Source: Alphaproteobacteria bacterium
GTDB lineage: Bacteria > Pseudomonadota > Alphaproteobacteria > SP197
Length of the DNA stretch: 64,000 nucleotides
Assembly: GCA_965228895.1 (NCBI GenBank)
Contig: OZ245842.1
Coordinates: 2,368,001 to 2,432,000, forward strand
Direction of reading: 5' to 3'
The notes beneath the pieces are model-generated. The model saw only the letters and a program-made list of their open reading frames with translations, was not told the DNA's origin and made no database searches. Shown here piece by piece: positions 40,954 through 51,191 of this stretch. Each line of letters begins with the position of its first letter. Position 1 is the first letter of the stretch. The position numbers and the translations under genes were made by a program.

Positions 40954-40978
40954 GAAGGGGCGGACGAAGGATGAACAC

Positions 40979-41332
40979 ATGAATGCAGAGACCCCCACGG
41001 CCGGCATTGCGGTGACCGAAAGCGCCGCAAAACGCATTGGCGAGATCATGGCGTCGGAATGCGGCGACCCTGGGGCGGGACGCCTCCGGATTGTCGTCAC
41101 CGGCGGCGGGTGCTCAGGGTTTCAGTACCATTTCAAGATCGATGAAGGCCCGGAAGACGGCGATATCGAATATGAGCGCGACGCCGCCAAGGTGGTCGTT
41201 GACGATATCTCGCTGCAGTACATCGCGGGATCCGAGCTCGATTTTATCCAGAATCTCGAAGGCGCCTACTTCGCGCTCAACAACCCCAACGCCACCTCAT
41301 CCTGCGGCTGCGGCACGTCCTTCGCGATCTAG
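40979..41332 (+). CDS. erpA: Iron-sulfur cluster insertion protein (HesB/IscA family)
   Basis: GGGCSGFQY, NPNATSSCGCGTSF; conserved dgt-erpA-xth context. Confidence 0.9.
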   Translation: MNAETPTAGIAVTESAAKRIGEIMASECGDPGAGRLRIVVTGGGCSGFQYHFKIDEGPEDGDIEYERDAAKVVVDDISLQYIAGSELDFIQNLEGAYFALNNPNATSSCGCGTSFAI

Positions 41333-41356
41333 CCTCGGTTTCGGCCCGGCCTGGGC

Positions 41357-42124
41357 ATGACCACCGCGCGGCGTCTGTTCGACGCCCATTTTCACATCAT
41401 CGATCCCCGTTTTCCGCTGGTTGCGAACAACGGCTATCTGCCGCCGGCCTTCACCGCGGCCGACTACCGGGATCGCGCCGGCCCAATGGGCATCTGCGGC
41501 GGCGCAGTGGTCAGCGGATCGTTCCAGGCATTTGACCAGGACTACCTGACCGACGCATTGGCGGTCTTGGGACCATCCTATGTCGGCGTCACCCAACTGC
41601 CGGCGGACACGCCCGACGCAACGATCCTGTCCCTCGACCAATCCGGCGTCAGGGCGGTGCGATTCAATCTCCGGCGCGGCGGCTCGGAAGGTCTCGACAG
41701 TATTGAGCGGATGGCGCGTCGGGTTCATGACCTCGCCGGCTGGCATGTCGAGATCTATGCCGACGCCGCGAACCTCGCGCCACATCTGACCATGCTGAAA
41801 ACCCTGCCCCAAGTCGTGATCGATCATCTCGGCCTGTCCGAGGCGGGGCAACCGGTCCTGCTCGATCTCGCCAGTCATGGCGCCAAGGTGAAGGCGACCG
41901 GTTTCGGCCGTCTCGACTTCGATATCGCCGCCTCCCTTAAAGCCATCGACGCAACGAACCCCGATGCGCTGATGTTCGGTACCGATATGCCGTCGACCCG
42001 AGCGCCACGCCCGTTTCAAGCGAGCGATATCGACTTTATCGCGTCGGCCGTCGGCGAGGATGGTCTCGCACGTGTGCTGCACGACAACGCGGCCGCTCTT
42101 TACCGGCCAAAGGACGCTGCTTGA
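41357..42124 (+). CDS. Amidohydrolase_2 family protein (2-pyrone-4,6-dicarboxylate lactonase-like)
   Basis: FDAHFH, GVRAVRFN, IDHLG, FGTDMP. Confidence 0.85.
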   Translation: MTTARRLFDAHFHIIDPRFPLVANNGYLPPAFTAADYRDRAGPMGICGGAVVSGSFQAFDQDYLTDALAVLGPSYVGVTQLPADTPDATILSLDQSGVRAVRFNLRRGGSEGLDSIERMARRVHDLAGWHVEIYADAANLAPHLTMLKTLPQVVIDHLGLSEAGQPVLLDLASHGAKVKATGFGRLDFDIAASLKAIDATNPDALMFGTDMPSTRAPRPFQASDIDFIASAVGEDGLARVLHDNAAALYRPKDAA

Positions 42125-42161
42125 GCTTTTGAAGCGTCTACCCGTGCTCTAAGGTGGCGTC

Positions 42162-42944
42162 ATGAAAATCGCTACCTGGAACGTGAATTCCATCAAGGCC
42201 CGCCTGCCCAACGCGTTGGCGTGGCTCTCGTCGTTTTCGCCTGATGTCGTCCTGCTCCAAGAGCTCAAATGCGTCGATGAGAAGTTCCCGCGCATGGAGA
42301 TCGAGGAGCTCGGGTACAACGTCGAGACCCACGGGCAGAAGACCTATAACGGCGTCGCCATCCTCTCGAAGCGGCCGATCGAGGTTGAGCGTCGCGGCCT
42401 GCCGGGCAACGAAGGGGACGAACAGGCCCGTTACATCGAGGCTTTCACGGGCGGCATTCGGGTCGCCAGCATCTATCTGCCGAACGGCAACCCGACCAAC
42501 ACCGACAAGTTCCCCTATAAGCTCGGCTGGATGGAAAAGCTGATCCATCACGCGCGTGAACTCCTCGCGCTTGAGGAGCCGGTCGTGTTGGCCGGCGACT
42601 ACAACGTCTGCCCGACAGACGCCGACGTCTATGATCCCGCCGGCTGGACCGACGACGCGTTGTGCCGCCCAGAGAGCCGGGCGCATTTCCGCACCCTCAT
42701 GTATCTCGGCTTCACCGATGCCTTTCGCGTGTTGAACCCCGAGCCCCATCGCTACAGCTTTTGGGACTATCAGGGCGGCGCCTGGCAACGCGACAACGGC
42801 CTCAGGATTGACCACCTCATGCTGTCGCCGCACGCCGCCGACAGGTTGAAGGCTTCGGGCATCGACCGTGATCCGCGCGGCGAAGAAAAAGCTTCCGATC
42901 ACACCCCCGTTTGGTGTGAACTGGATGATCAGGAACCGCAGTAA
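42162..42944 (+). CDS. xth: Exodeoxyribonuclease III
   Basis: MKIATWNVNS, LQELK, YNGVAILS, GDYN, RIDH, SDH. Confidence 0.96.
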   Translation: MKIATWNVNSIKARLPNALAWLSSFSPDVVLLQELKCVDEKFPRMEIEELGYNVETHGQKTYNGVAILSKRPIEVERRGLPGNEGDEQARYIEAFTGGIRVASIYLPNGNPTNTDKFPYKLGWMEKLIHHARELLALEEPVVLAGDYNVCPTDADVYDPAGWTDDALCRPESRAHFRTLMYLGFTDAFRVLNPEPHRYSFWDYQGGAWQRDNGLRIDHLMLSPHAADRLKASGIDRDPRGEEKASDHTPVWCELDDQEPQ

Positions 42945-43096
42945 GAGCGTTTAGCGCCATTTTCTGCACCCGTTCTGACTCATTACCGAGCTGCCGCCGC
43001 AACTTGGCATGCTACCGGAGATGAGCATGTATCAAACGATAGACGTTGCTGAATCGGCGGTGACACTTGCCGTTCGGTTCTGCGCAACACGGTGTC

Positions 43097-43510
43097 ATGA
43101 CACCATCGCATGACGGTGGCTGCCTGTGCGGCGCGATCCGGTATCGGATCGCGTGCGAGCCGCTGTGGATCAATCTCTGTTACTGCCGTAGCTGTCGGCA
43201 AGCATCGGGTTCGCCGATGATGGCCTATGCTCGTGTTCCGGCGACCGGCTTCAGCATCCTCAGGGGCATACCCGCCAGCTTCAAGTCGTCCCCTGCTGTT
43301 ACCCGCTCGTTTTGCGGGCGGTGCGGAACGTCCCTGTTCGTGAACGGTGAACATCTTGCGGAGGACACGGTGGTTGCGGTGGCAACGCTGGACCAACCGG
43401 AACTCTTTCCGCCATCTCTGAACGTCCATACCGCTGACAGGATCTCCTGGATGCTTCCCATGTCCCATCTTGAAGAATGGCGAGGTGACGATGACCGACC
43501 GAAGTCATGA
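43097..43510 (+). CDS. GFA/CENP-V family Zn protein, copy 1
   Basis: GGCLCGAIRY, CYCRSCR, RSFCGRCGT. Confidence 0.9.
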   Translation: MTPSHDGGCLCGAIRYRIACEPLWINLCYCRSCRQASGSPMMAYARVPATGFSILRGIPASFKSSPAVTRSFCGRCGTSLFVNGEHLAEDTVVAVATLDQPELFPPSLNVHTADRISWMLPMSHLEEWRGDDDRPKS

Positions 43511-43892
43511 AGGCGGCTGCTTATGCGGCGCGATACGCTATCGCATACAAGGAGAGCCGATCGGTGTAGGCCTGTGCTATTGCAGGAGCTGCCAGCGCGC
43601 AACCGGCGGACCGGTTGCCGGGTTCGTCGACCTGCCGCCCGGCGGGTTTGTTTGGACCGCGGGCGAGCCCGTCTTCTATGCCTCCTCACCCGGCGTCAAG
43701 CGCGGCTTCTGTCCGCATTGCGGCACAGCCCTCACGTTCGAAGCCGACGACATCCCCGGCGAAGTGCATCTGCTGTCGGCGACCCTCGACGATCCCGCGC
43801 CTTGGGTTCCGCGCGAAGCCAACACCACCCATAGCGGCGACCGGATCTCGTGGCTGAAACTGAATCTTTCGGGCGACGGGGAGAACGCGTGA
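43491..43892 (+). CDS. GFA/CENP-V family Zn protein, copy 2
   Basis: GGCLCGAIRY, CYCRSCQ, RGFCPHCGT. Confidence 0.9.
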   Translation: MTDRSHEGGCLCGAIRYRIQGEPIGVGLCYCRSCQRATGGPVAGFVDLPPGGFVWTAGEPVFYASSPGVKRGFCPHCGTALTFEADDIPGEVHLLSATLDDPAPWVPREANTTHSGDRISWLKLNLSGDGENA

Positions 43893-44308
43893 TGGCATCG
43901 GATACCCACGAGGGCGGTTGCCTGTGCGGCGCCATACGCTATCGCATCAGCGGCGAAGCGAAGTTCCGGTCGATGTGCCATTGCCAAAGCTGCCGCCGGG
44001 CGTCCGGCGCACCGGTCGTTGCGTTTGTCGGTGTGTTCGACGATCAGTTCGAGGAACTGAAGGGCGCGCGGACGATCTTTGAATCATCCCCGGGGGTCAA
44101 ACGGGGTTTCTGCAAGACCTGCGGCACATCGTTGACATTCGCCGGCGAAAACTGGCCGGGCGAGGTGCACGTTTTCACGGCGACCCTGGATGACCCCGAG
44201 GCCTTTCCACCGACGGTCCACACCTATTGCCTGGACCGACTGCCGTGGATCGACCCCGATGACGGCCTGCCGCGCCTCGATACGTTCGGTGCCAGCAAGC
44301 AGAACTGA
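43892..44308 (+). CDS. GFA/CENP-V family Zn protein, copy 3
   Basis: GGCLCGAIRY, CHCQSCR, RGFCKTCGT; TGATG overlap with copy 2. Confidence 0.9.
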   Translation: MASDTHEGGCLCGAIRYRISGEAKFRSMCHCQSCRRASGAPVVAFVGVFDDQFEELKGARTIFESSPGVKRGFCKTCGTSLTFAGENWPGEVHVFTATLDDPEAFPPTVHTYCLDRLPWIDPDDGLPRLDTFGASKQN

Positions 44309-44311
44309 CGC

Positions 44312-45889
44312 TTAGGCGGAAGCCAGACCCATCTGCTCACGAGTCAGTTCGATCGGAAACTTGGCCCGGATCTGAGCGTCCATGTCGTCACTGATGTGGC
44401 GCGGGAAATGGCTGGTCAGAATCTCTTCCTTGGCCTGGACTGCGCGCTCGACGATGTCCGGCCGCCCTCGCTCGACCCATTCCTTCGGGCTCGTGCGGTC
44501 GCCGATTTCCGGGTAGATGTACTCGCGTTGCATCAGCTCCAGCGTGCGGTTGTGACCGAGATAGTGGCCGGGCCCGCTGAGGCAGACCGAGCGCATGACA
44601 TCAAGCGACACGCTTTCCTCGTTGACCTCGATGCCGCGCACGCACCGCAGGCACTTGCCCAGGATGTCGTTGTCAATGATCAGACTGTCGAGGCAGAAGC
44701 CGAGCAGCGAAGCATGCATGCCCGCGGACTCGTAGACGAGGTTAAGGCCCGACAAGCCGGCCATCACGTTGGTGATGCCCTTTTCGTAACCGGCCTGCAC
44801 ATCCGGCAGTTTGGAGTCACACATGCCTGCGGCCGCGCCGCCGGGAAGATCATAGAACTGCGCCATCTGCGCGCACGCCGCGCTGAGCAGCGCCTGCTCC
44901 GCCGAACCACCGGACATGGCGCCGGTTCTGAGATCCGACACGAACGGCCAGGTCCCGAAGATAGCGGGCGCGCCCGGCTTGATCGCGTTGACATAGCACA
45001 GGCCGCCGAGCACTTCCGCGACCGCCTGCACGACGGCACCGGCGAGCGCCGCCGGCGATGTCGCGCCGGCTTGCCCCGCCGACAGCAACAGCACGGGCAT
45101 GCCGTTTCTGACACACGCCTCGAGCACGCGGCAGGCGTCCTCGGCGAACTTCATCGGCGGCACGACGTGGCAGTTGGAGTTGGAGACGAACGGGCGTTGG
45201 CGCCACGCCTTCTCACCACCGGCGACGTGATGCAGAAGCTCGAACACCATCTCCATGTTCTCGCCCAGCGTGAAGCTGCAGCCGACATGTTTGGTGGTGC
45301 CGGCGATCGGACCGTAGAGCGTGTTGATATCGAGCACCTGCAGATCCAACACGTCGGTCGGCGTCAGCGGCCGCTGGAAGAAGTGGATGTTGTCCATCAC
45401 ATCGACAATGCGCGCGGCCTGATAGAGATCCTCGACCGTCGCGTTGCGATAGGTGCGTTCCAGCGGATCGATGACCTGGGTCGCGGCACCCGCCGTGCCG
45501 TAATAGACGCGCTTGCCGCCGACCTCCATGTCGTGCCTGGACTCCTGGCCATAGAGTACGAGATCACGGTTGGCATTGGCGATGGTGTCCTCGACCAACG
45601 CGCGCGGGAACTTCAGCCGGCCGTCATCGCCCAGCACCGCACCGGCCGCCGTACACACCTCGACGCACGACGGAATCGGGTCGGCCAGGCCGATTTCTTC
45701 CAGTGCCTGAAGTGCCGTTTCGTTGATGCGCTGAATGCCGTCATCGGCCAGCGGTTTGAACGTGCCGCCTTCGAGGCCAGGCCGGACCGGCTTGACATCT
45801 TCGGCCAGCGGCGCGGCGCGCATGGCCACACGGGCCTGACGCCCGCCGCGGCGGCGGCCGCGTGGGTTTTCTTCTTGAGCGGACGTCAT
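44312..45889 (-). CDS. Trimethylamine methyltransferase (MttB superfamily), non-pyrrolysine
   Basis: Arg-rich N-terminus, LEEIG, AGATSPAAL, DLRTGA, DSKLPDVQAGYE, GPGHYLG; no in-frame TAG. Confidence 0.92.
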   Translation of the reverse strand: MTSAQEENPRGRRRGGRQARVAMRAAPLAEDVKPVRPGLEGGTFKPLADDGIQRINETALQALEEIGLADPIPSCVEVCTAAGAVLGDDGRLKFPRALVEDTIANANRDLVLYGQESRHDMEVGGKRVYYGTAGAATQVIDPLERTYRNATVEDLYQAARIVDVMDNIHFFQRPLTPTDVLDLQVLDINTLYGPIAGTTKHVGCSFTLGENMEMVFELLHHVAGGEKAWRQRPFVSNSNCHVVPPMKFAEDACRVLEACVRNGMPVLLLSAGQAGATSPAALAGAVVQAVAEVLGGLCYVNAIKPGAPAIFGTWPFVSDLRTGAMSGGSAEQALLSAACAQMAQFYDLPGGAAAGMCDSKLPDVQAGYEKGITNVMAGLSGLNLVYESAGMHASLLGFCLDSLIIDNDILGKCLRCVRGIEVNEESVSLDVMRSVCLSGPGHYLGHNRTLELMQREYIYPEIGDRTSPKEWVERGRPDIVERAVQAKEEILTSHFPRHISDDMDAQIRAKFPIELTREQMGLASA

Positions 45890-46009
45890 GCCGGCGGCTC
45901 CATATGGCTAGACAACGTGGCCCCTGCCCCCGCCACAGGGCGTGCGAATCGCTTTCGCACGCCGGATCATGGCGCGACCGCACGCCTCACGCAATAATGG
46001 AAATGACGT

Positions 46010-47728
46010 CTAGATCTCGCTGTAGACGTGGGTCTCCGCTTTGCCGCCCGGATGGGTCACGGCGCCATAGCGCGCGGGACCGACGGTCTGGGCGAACTTC
46101 CAGATCGTGCCCGCGTTAAAGTCGGTCGTGCGCGGGCTCCATGCCTTCCGGCGGTCAGCCATCTCGGCGTCGGAAACATCGACGTCCAGGGTCCCCTTCA
46201 CAGCATCGATGGTGATCATGTCGCCGTCCTTCAACAGGCCGATGGGCCCGCCGACAGCGGCCTCCGGACCGATATGGCCGACCGAGAATCCTCGCGTGCC
46301 ACCAGAGAAGCGCCCATCGGTCAGCAAGGCCACCTTCTGGCCCATACCCTGTCCGGCGATGGCGCCGGTTGTCGCCAGCATCTCGCGCATACCCGGTCCG
46401 CCCTTGGGACCTTCATAACGAATCACGAGCACTTCGCCTTCCTTGTAGTTCCGATCGAGAACAGCCTGGTGGCATTCCTCTTCGGAATCGAAACACCGGG
46501 CCGGACCGGTGAACTCCAGGCGCTGCATGCCGGCGATCTTCACGATGGCGCCGTCAGGCGCCAGGTTGCCCTTCAGGCCGACCACGCCACCGGTCTCCGA
46601 CAACGGATTGGAGGTCGGGTAGATGACGTCCTGATTATCGGGCACGACGACATCGCTATGATTCTCTTCCAGCGTCTTGCCCGTCACGGTGATGGTATCG
46701 CCGTGCAGGTAACCCCCATCCAACAGCGCCTTGATCAAGATCGGAACGCCGCCGACGTCGTAAAGATCCTTGGCGACGTACTTGCCGCCCGGTTTCATGT
46801 CGGCGATGTAAGGTGTCTTGCGGAAGATCTCGCAGACTTCCTCAAGGCTGAAGTCGATGCCGGCTTCGTTGGCGATAGCCGGCAGGTGCAGACCCGCGTT
46901 GGTTGAACCGCCGGACGCGGCAACGACCATGGCAGCATTCTCCAACGATTTCCGCGTCACGATGTCGCGCGGTTTCAGTCCCATCTCAATCAACTTCATG
47001 ACCTGCTCGCCGCTTTGCTCGGCGAAGCTGTCGCGACTCTCGTAAGGTGCCGGTGTCATCGCGGAGTTCGGTAAGGCAAGCCCGATCGCCTCGGACACCG
47101 TCGCCATGGTGTTGGCCGTGAACTGACCGCCGCATGAACCGCCGGATGGGCAAGCAACGTGTTCCAGCTCGTGGAGATCGCCATCCGACATGTTGCCGGC
47201 GGCATGGCTGCCAACGCCTTCGAACACGTCGACGATCGTCACATCTTTGCCCTTGAACCTGCCGGGCATGATCGAGCCGCCATACAAGAAGACGGACGGC
47301 ACATTCAGCCGCACCATCGCCATCATCATGCCCGGCAGCGACTTGTCGCAACCGGCCAGCCCGACCAGCCCGTCATAGCAGTGGCCGCGGACCGTCAATT
47401 CGACGGAATCGGCGATCACCTCACGGCTGACCAGGGACGCTTTCATGCCGGCATGTCCCATCGCAATGCCGTCGGTCACGGTGATCGTGGTGAACTCGCG
47501 TGGCGTGCCGCCGGCTGACTTCACACCTTTCTTTGTCGCCTGGGCCTGGCGCATCAGGGTGATGTTGCACGGTGCGGCCTCGTTCCAGGTCGTGGCGACG
47601 CCGACGAAGGGTTGCGCGACGTCCTCGTCGGTCATGCCCATGGCGTAATAGAAGGCGCGATGCGGCGCGCTGGTCGGGCCGACCGAGACATGGCGGCTCG
47701 GCAAGTTCGATTTGTCCCATCGGGTCAT
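46010..47728 (-). CDS. ilvD: Dihydroxy-acid dehydratase
   Basis: [40 protein letters not shown]. Confidence 0.96.
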   Translation of the reverse strand: MTRWDKSNLPSRHVSVGPTSAPHRAFYYAMGMTDEDVAQPFVGVATTWNEAAPCNITLMRQAQATKKGVKSAGGTPREFTTITVTDGIAMGHAGMKASLVSREVIADSVELTVRGHCYDGLVGLAGCDKSLPGMMMAMVRLNVPSVFLYGGSIMPGRFKGKDVTIVDVFEGVGSHAAGNMSDGDLHELEHVACPSGGSCGGQFTANTMATVSEAIGLALPNSAMTPAPYESRDSFAEQSGEQVMKLIEMGLKPRDIVTRKSLENAAMVVAASGGSTNAGLHLPAIANEAGIDFSLEEVCEIFRKTPYIADMKPGGKYVAKDLYDVGGVPILIKALLDGGYLHGDTITVTGKTLEENHSDVVVPDNQDVIYPTSNPLSETGGVVGLKGNLAPDGAIVKIAGMQRLEFTGPARCFDSEEECHQAVLDRNYKEGEVLVIRYEGPKGGPGMREMLATTGAIAGQGMGQKVALLTDGRFSGGTRGFSVGHIGPEAAVGGPIGLLKDGDMITIDAVKGTLDVDVSDAEMADRRKAWSPRTTDFNAGTIWKFAQTVGPARYGAVTHPGGKAETHVYSEI

Positions 47729-47793
47729 GGGTGCATTTCTCCCAAGTGTTCTTCGCTAGGTTGCGCGGAGAATAGGGCCGCGCGGGCTTCGTG

Positions 47794-48717
47794 TCAGCCG
47801 GCAAGACGCGCGCTGAGGGCCCGGATGTGGTCGGCGCCGGTTCCGCAGCAACCGCCAACGATGGTGACGCCGTGGTTTGCCACCCAATCGGCCGCGATCT
47901 CGGCATAGGCATCCGGCGTCACGACCCGTGAGAAATCCCAGTCGGGATTGGTGAACTTGCCAGTTTCGGCATAGGCCATCAGAGGCCCCGCCCAGCTTTC
48001 CCGCAGCATGTCGAGCGCCGGTGCGGTCGCCTCGATCTCGCTATGCATGATGCCCGCGGCCTGACCGCCATAGGCCAGGGCATTTTTCACCACCGGACCA
48101 AAATCACCTGGCGGCATGTCGGCGAAATCAATCTCCGCGTGGTAGGCCGTGACGTCGCCCTTGGCGTCGGTCGCTGCGCTGAAGCCAATCCACACGGGCA
48201 AGCCGGTCTCCTTGGCCGCCTCCATCACCAGGTTTGTGTTTTCCGTATCGATCATCATCTCGGCGAGGATCAGATCGCAGCCCGCTTCGGCCAGGACACC
48301 CGCCTGCTGGCGATAGCTGTCGCGGGCATCGGGTCCGGTGGCGGTGACAGAAATGTGCTCCAGGCTCGGCATACTGGACATGGAGCCGGCGATCCAGACG
48401 TCGCCGGACGCTACATTGTCGCGCGCCTGTCGGGCCAGCACGATGGCGTCATGGTTGATCTGGATCGCCTCATCACGCTTGTCGACACCCGCCAGAACAT
48501 GGGGCGCGGCGGCGAACGAGTTGGCTGTGATGATCTCCGCGCCCGCCTTGATATAGTCCTCGTGGACCTCGCGCACCAGATCCGCGTTGACGACATGGGC
48601 GATGCCGCTCCACACCTCGCCGTTCATGGCAAGACCTTTGCGTTCCATCTCCGTGCTGACGCCGCCATCCATGATGACGGTTCTGCCGTTTGCCAGTCTT
48701 TCGTCCAAGCTCGCCAT
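47794..48717 (-). CDS. Homocysteine S-methyltransferase family protein
   Basis: IMDGGVSTE, HEDYIKAGAEIITANSF, IVGGCCG. Confidence 0.88.
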   Translation of the reverse strand: MASLDERLANGRTVIMDGGVSTEMERKGLAMNGEVWSGIAHVVNADLVREVHEDYIKAGAEIITANSFAAAPHVLAGVDKRDEAIQINHDAIVLARQARDNVASGDVWIAGSMSSMPSLEHISVTATGPDARDSYRQQAGVLAEAGCDLILAEMMIDTENTNLVMEAAKETGLPVWIGFSAATDAKGDVTAYHAEIDFADMPPGDFGPVVKNALAYGGQAAGIMHSEIEATAPALDMLRESWAGPLMAYAETGKFTNPDWDFSRVVTPDAYAEIAADWVANHGVTIVGGCCGTGADHIRALSARLAG

Positions 48718-48822
48718 ATCGTCCTCCGGTTCACATCGTTGGGCGCCGACAATAACCGTGCGCATCGCCGTCAGCTAGTATAGGCAGGCTGACCCGTCGC
48801 AAAGCAATCTCAGACAAACTGC

Positions 48823-49752
48823 ATGCAACGATCGACCGAGTTGGTCCCTGCCCTTGCCGTCGCCGTGGCCGCCGCGGCCTGGGGTATCTATTGGCTGCCC
48901 CAACGTGCCCTGGAAGATGCGGGTCTGACCGGCGGTTGGGCGACGCTCGGTCAATACCTCGTGCCTTTGGCGCTTATGGCGCCCATCGCGCTCATGCGCC
49001 GGCATCAGGGCAAATCGACCGGCGTTGATATGGTCCTTATCGGCGTTCTGACCGGTGGCGCGATCGCGTGCTATGCCAACAGTTTCCTGTTGACCGATGT
49101 GGTCCGCGCGCTGCTGCTGTTTTACATCACACCGGTCTGGGGCACGTTGATCGAGTGCGCGGTCCACCGCCACCCGCCAAGCCGGGCTCGCTGGATCGCC
49201 CTTGTCCTGGCGCTTGCGGGGCTGTGGGTCGTGTTTGCCGAAGAAAGCGGTATCCCCTGGCCGCAGAATGCCGGCGACTGGCTGGCTTTGACCGGCGGGC
49301 TGATGATTGCTGCCGGTGCGGCGCGCCTGAACGCCGTCAAGCCGGCGGGCATGTTCCCGCAGTTGTTTGCCTATTTTCTCTACGGCTCCGTCGTCGCCGC
49401 CATCCTGGCCTGGCTCCTCAGCGAACATCTGGGCGCGACACCGTCCGGCGAGACCATGGTCGGCGTGTTGCCGTGGCTAATCTTGCTTGCGCTCATCTTC
49501 CTTATCCCGTCGAACGCCATCCTGCTGTGGGGCGCGACCCGGATTCCCCCCGGCATGTTCGGCATCCTGATCCTGTCGGAGATCATCGTCGGCATGGCCA
49601 GTGCGGCGCTATGGGCAGGCGAAGCGTTCGGCTGGCGCGAGATCGTCGGCGGCGCGATGATCCTTGCCGCCGGCACGCTTGAGATCATGTGGGATCGTGG
49701 TCGAGGCGGCCAAGACAGTCGATCGCCGCACCCCGGGGTGGGCCTGCGCTGA
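48823..49752 (+). CDS. DMT (EamA) family transporter
   Basis: About 10 TM helices; WGIYWLP, LLFYITPVW. Confidence 0.88.
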   Translation: MQRSTELVPALAVAVAAAAWGIYWLPQRALEDAGLTGGWATLGQYLVPLALMAPIALMRRHQGKSTGVDMVLIGVLTGGAIACYANSFLLTDVVRALLLFYITPVWGTLIECAVHRHPPSRARWIALVLALAGLWVVFAEESGIPWPQNAGDWLALTGGLMIAAGAARLNAVKPAGMFPQLFAYFLYGSVVAAILAWLLSEHLGATPSGETMVGVLPWLILLALIFLIPSNAILLWGATRIPPGMFGILILSEIIVGMASAALWAGEAFGWREIVGGAMILAAGTLEIMWDRGRGGQDSRSPHPGVGLR

Positions 49753-50299
49753 TATCCCCGACGGTGGACGGACAGGCCGAACAGATAAGAACGACATCCA
49801 TCTCGGCTTGCAGCTCAACATAATCGCCAGGCTCGGCCGCAGACGGTTCATCGGACAGCGATCCGTCCGGCGCCACCAATGCGTGCTCAAACAGGTTCCA
49901 GGGACACGGCACCTCAGTCAGTGCGACACCGCGCATGGCCATGGCGGCTTTCAGGTTGTCCTCACAATTGGGATGGGTGGTGGACGCCCCGTAGAACACA
50001 TTGCCGGGCGCACTGCACGCGGCATGCAGCGTGTCGTGAATGCCCGGCGACGTATCATCAATGATGGTCAAGATAGGACGGAACTGGTTGGTGACGAGCG
50101 TGTCGCCGGGTTTGAACAGGATGCGATAGGTCGCCGACCGGCTGTGCTCCATCGACAAATGTTCGTTGAAATCGTCTGCCGCAAAGGCCCAGGTATCGAC
50201 GACCTGATGGCCTTCAACATTGACGACACGCACCCGTTCGCCGCGATCCAAGGCGATCGCGCGCGCCGCGCCGGCAGGAAGATTTATTCGCTCGACCAT
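49685..50299 (-). CDS. DUF1989 (urea carboxylase-associated family) protein
   Basis: EGHQVVDTW, HDTLHAAC, NCEDNL, PGDYVELQAEMD, SACP. Confidence 0.88.
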   Translation of the reverse strand: MVERINLPAGAARAIALDRGERVRVVNVEGHQVVDTWAFAADDFNEHLSMEHSRSATYRILFKPGDTLVTNQFRPILTIIDDTSPGIHDTLHAACSAPGNVFYGASTTHPNCEDNLKAAMAMRGVALTEVPCPWNLFEHALVAPDGSLSDEPSAAEPGDYVELQAEMDVVLICSACPSTVGDISAGPPRGAAIDCLGRLDHDPT

Positions 50300-50350
50300 G
50301 GCCCAACTGTGACATGGGCTCGGCTCTACAGAAAGACGTTTGGCCGATCG

Positions 50351-51076
50351 TCAGGCGGCCACGTTCGCCTTTGTCCAGCCAACCCAGTGATCGACAAACC
50401 GTTCGGACCAATTCTGGATCGACGCTTCATAAACCGGCGCAAGGCGCACCTGCTCATGGGCGCTTTGGACACCGAGCCTGGCCAGATACGGTTCGTCGGC
50501 AAGGGCTTCGTGGGTCACCGATGACAGCTTGTAGTCCGGGTGAAACTGCAGGCCATAGGCGCGCTCACCGACGCGAAAAGCCTGCACGGGGAACTGATGG
50601 CCGCGCGCCAGCAAGGTGGCGTCATCGGGCAGCGCGAAGACGCCTTCGAAATGCGCCTGATAGAAATGGCTGGTGCCGGCGAACAGGTCGACCCCTTCCG
50701 GCGTCGCCTCGATCGGATAGAAGCCCAGCTCGGTCAGTCCATCCGGGCGCGCCATGACAGTGCCGCCAAACGCAGCCGCCAGAAGCTGCGAACCCATACA
50801 GATGCCGAGGAAGGGCATGCCGGCCTCAACGGCCTCGCGAATGAAAGCGAGTTCGCTTGCGACCCAGGGATGGCGATGGGGTTCGCCCGCGTGTCCCTCC
50901 TCGCTACCACCAACAATCATGGCCGCATAGCCGTCGGTCACCGTCGGTAGCGGATCGCCATGTGGATGGCAGAGATACTCGATGTCGCATCCACGCGCGC
51001 GTAGGACATCGGCGATACGGCAATCGGTCCAAGCGGGATTGTGGATGAGATAGAGGATTCGGCGTTTGGCAGACAT
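50351..51076 (-). CDS. Class I glutamine amidotransferase-like protein
   Basis: LGICMGSQL, LQFHPD. Confidence 0.88.
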   Translation of the reverse strand: MSAKRRILYLIHNPAWTDCRIADVLRARGCDIEYLCHPHGDPLPTVTDGYAAMIVGGSEEGHAGEPHRHPWVASELAFIREAVEAGMPFLGICMGSQLLAAAFGGTVMARPDGLTELGFYPIEATPEGVDLFAGTSHFYQAHFEGVFALPDDATLLARGHQFPVQAFRVGERAYGLQFHPDYKLSSVTHEALADEPYLARLGVQSAHEQVRLAPVYEASIQNWSERFVDHWVGWTKANVAA

Positions 51077-51164
51077 GATCCACCCGGTCTCGGTCGTTCA
51101 GGGTATGGCAGTCAGCCTAACCGTGCGGTTGCATGAATCCAGTTTCTAATTCTAAGCGATCCAC

Positions 51165-51177
51165 TGAATCGAATTCA
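51165..51177. promoter_or_regulatory. Putative LysR-type T-N11-A operator
   Basis: TGAAT-CGA-ATTCA palindrome about 90 bp upstream of the GATase start, in an AT-rich stretch. Confidence 0.45.
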
Positions 51178-51191
51178 CCTTCAAAAGGACA

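Noticed and set aside
42942-43090. Possible third copy of the TAGAGC-type repeat after xth
   Set aside because: Only the start (TAAGAGCG) resembles it; no convincing palindrome follows
44312-45889. Pyrrolysine recoding in MttB
   Set aside because: The ORF is continuous with no in-frame TAG, and no pyl genes are present
49685-49752. 68-bp convergent overlap of the DMT and DUF1989 genes
   Set aside because: Involves only unconserved-looking C-terminal tails; common in high-GC genomes
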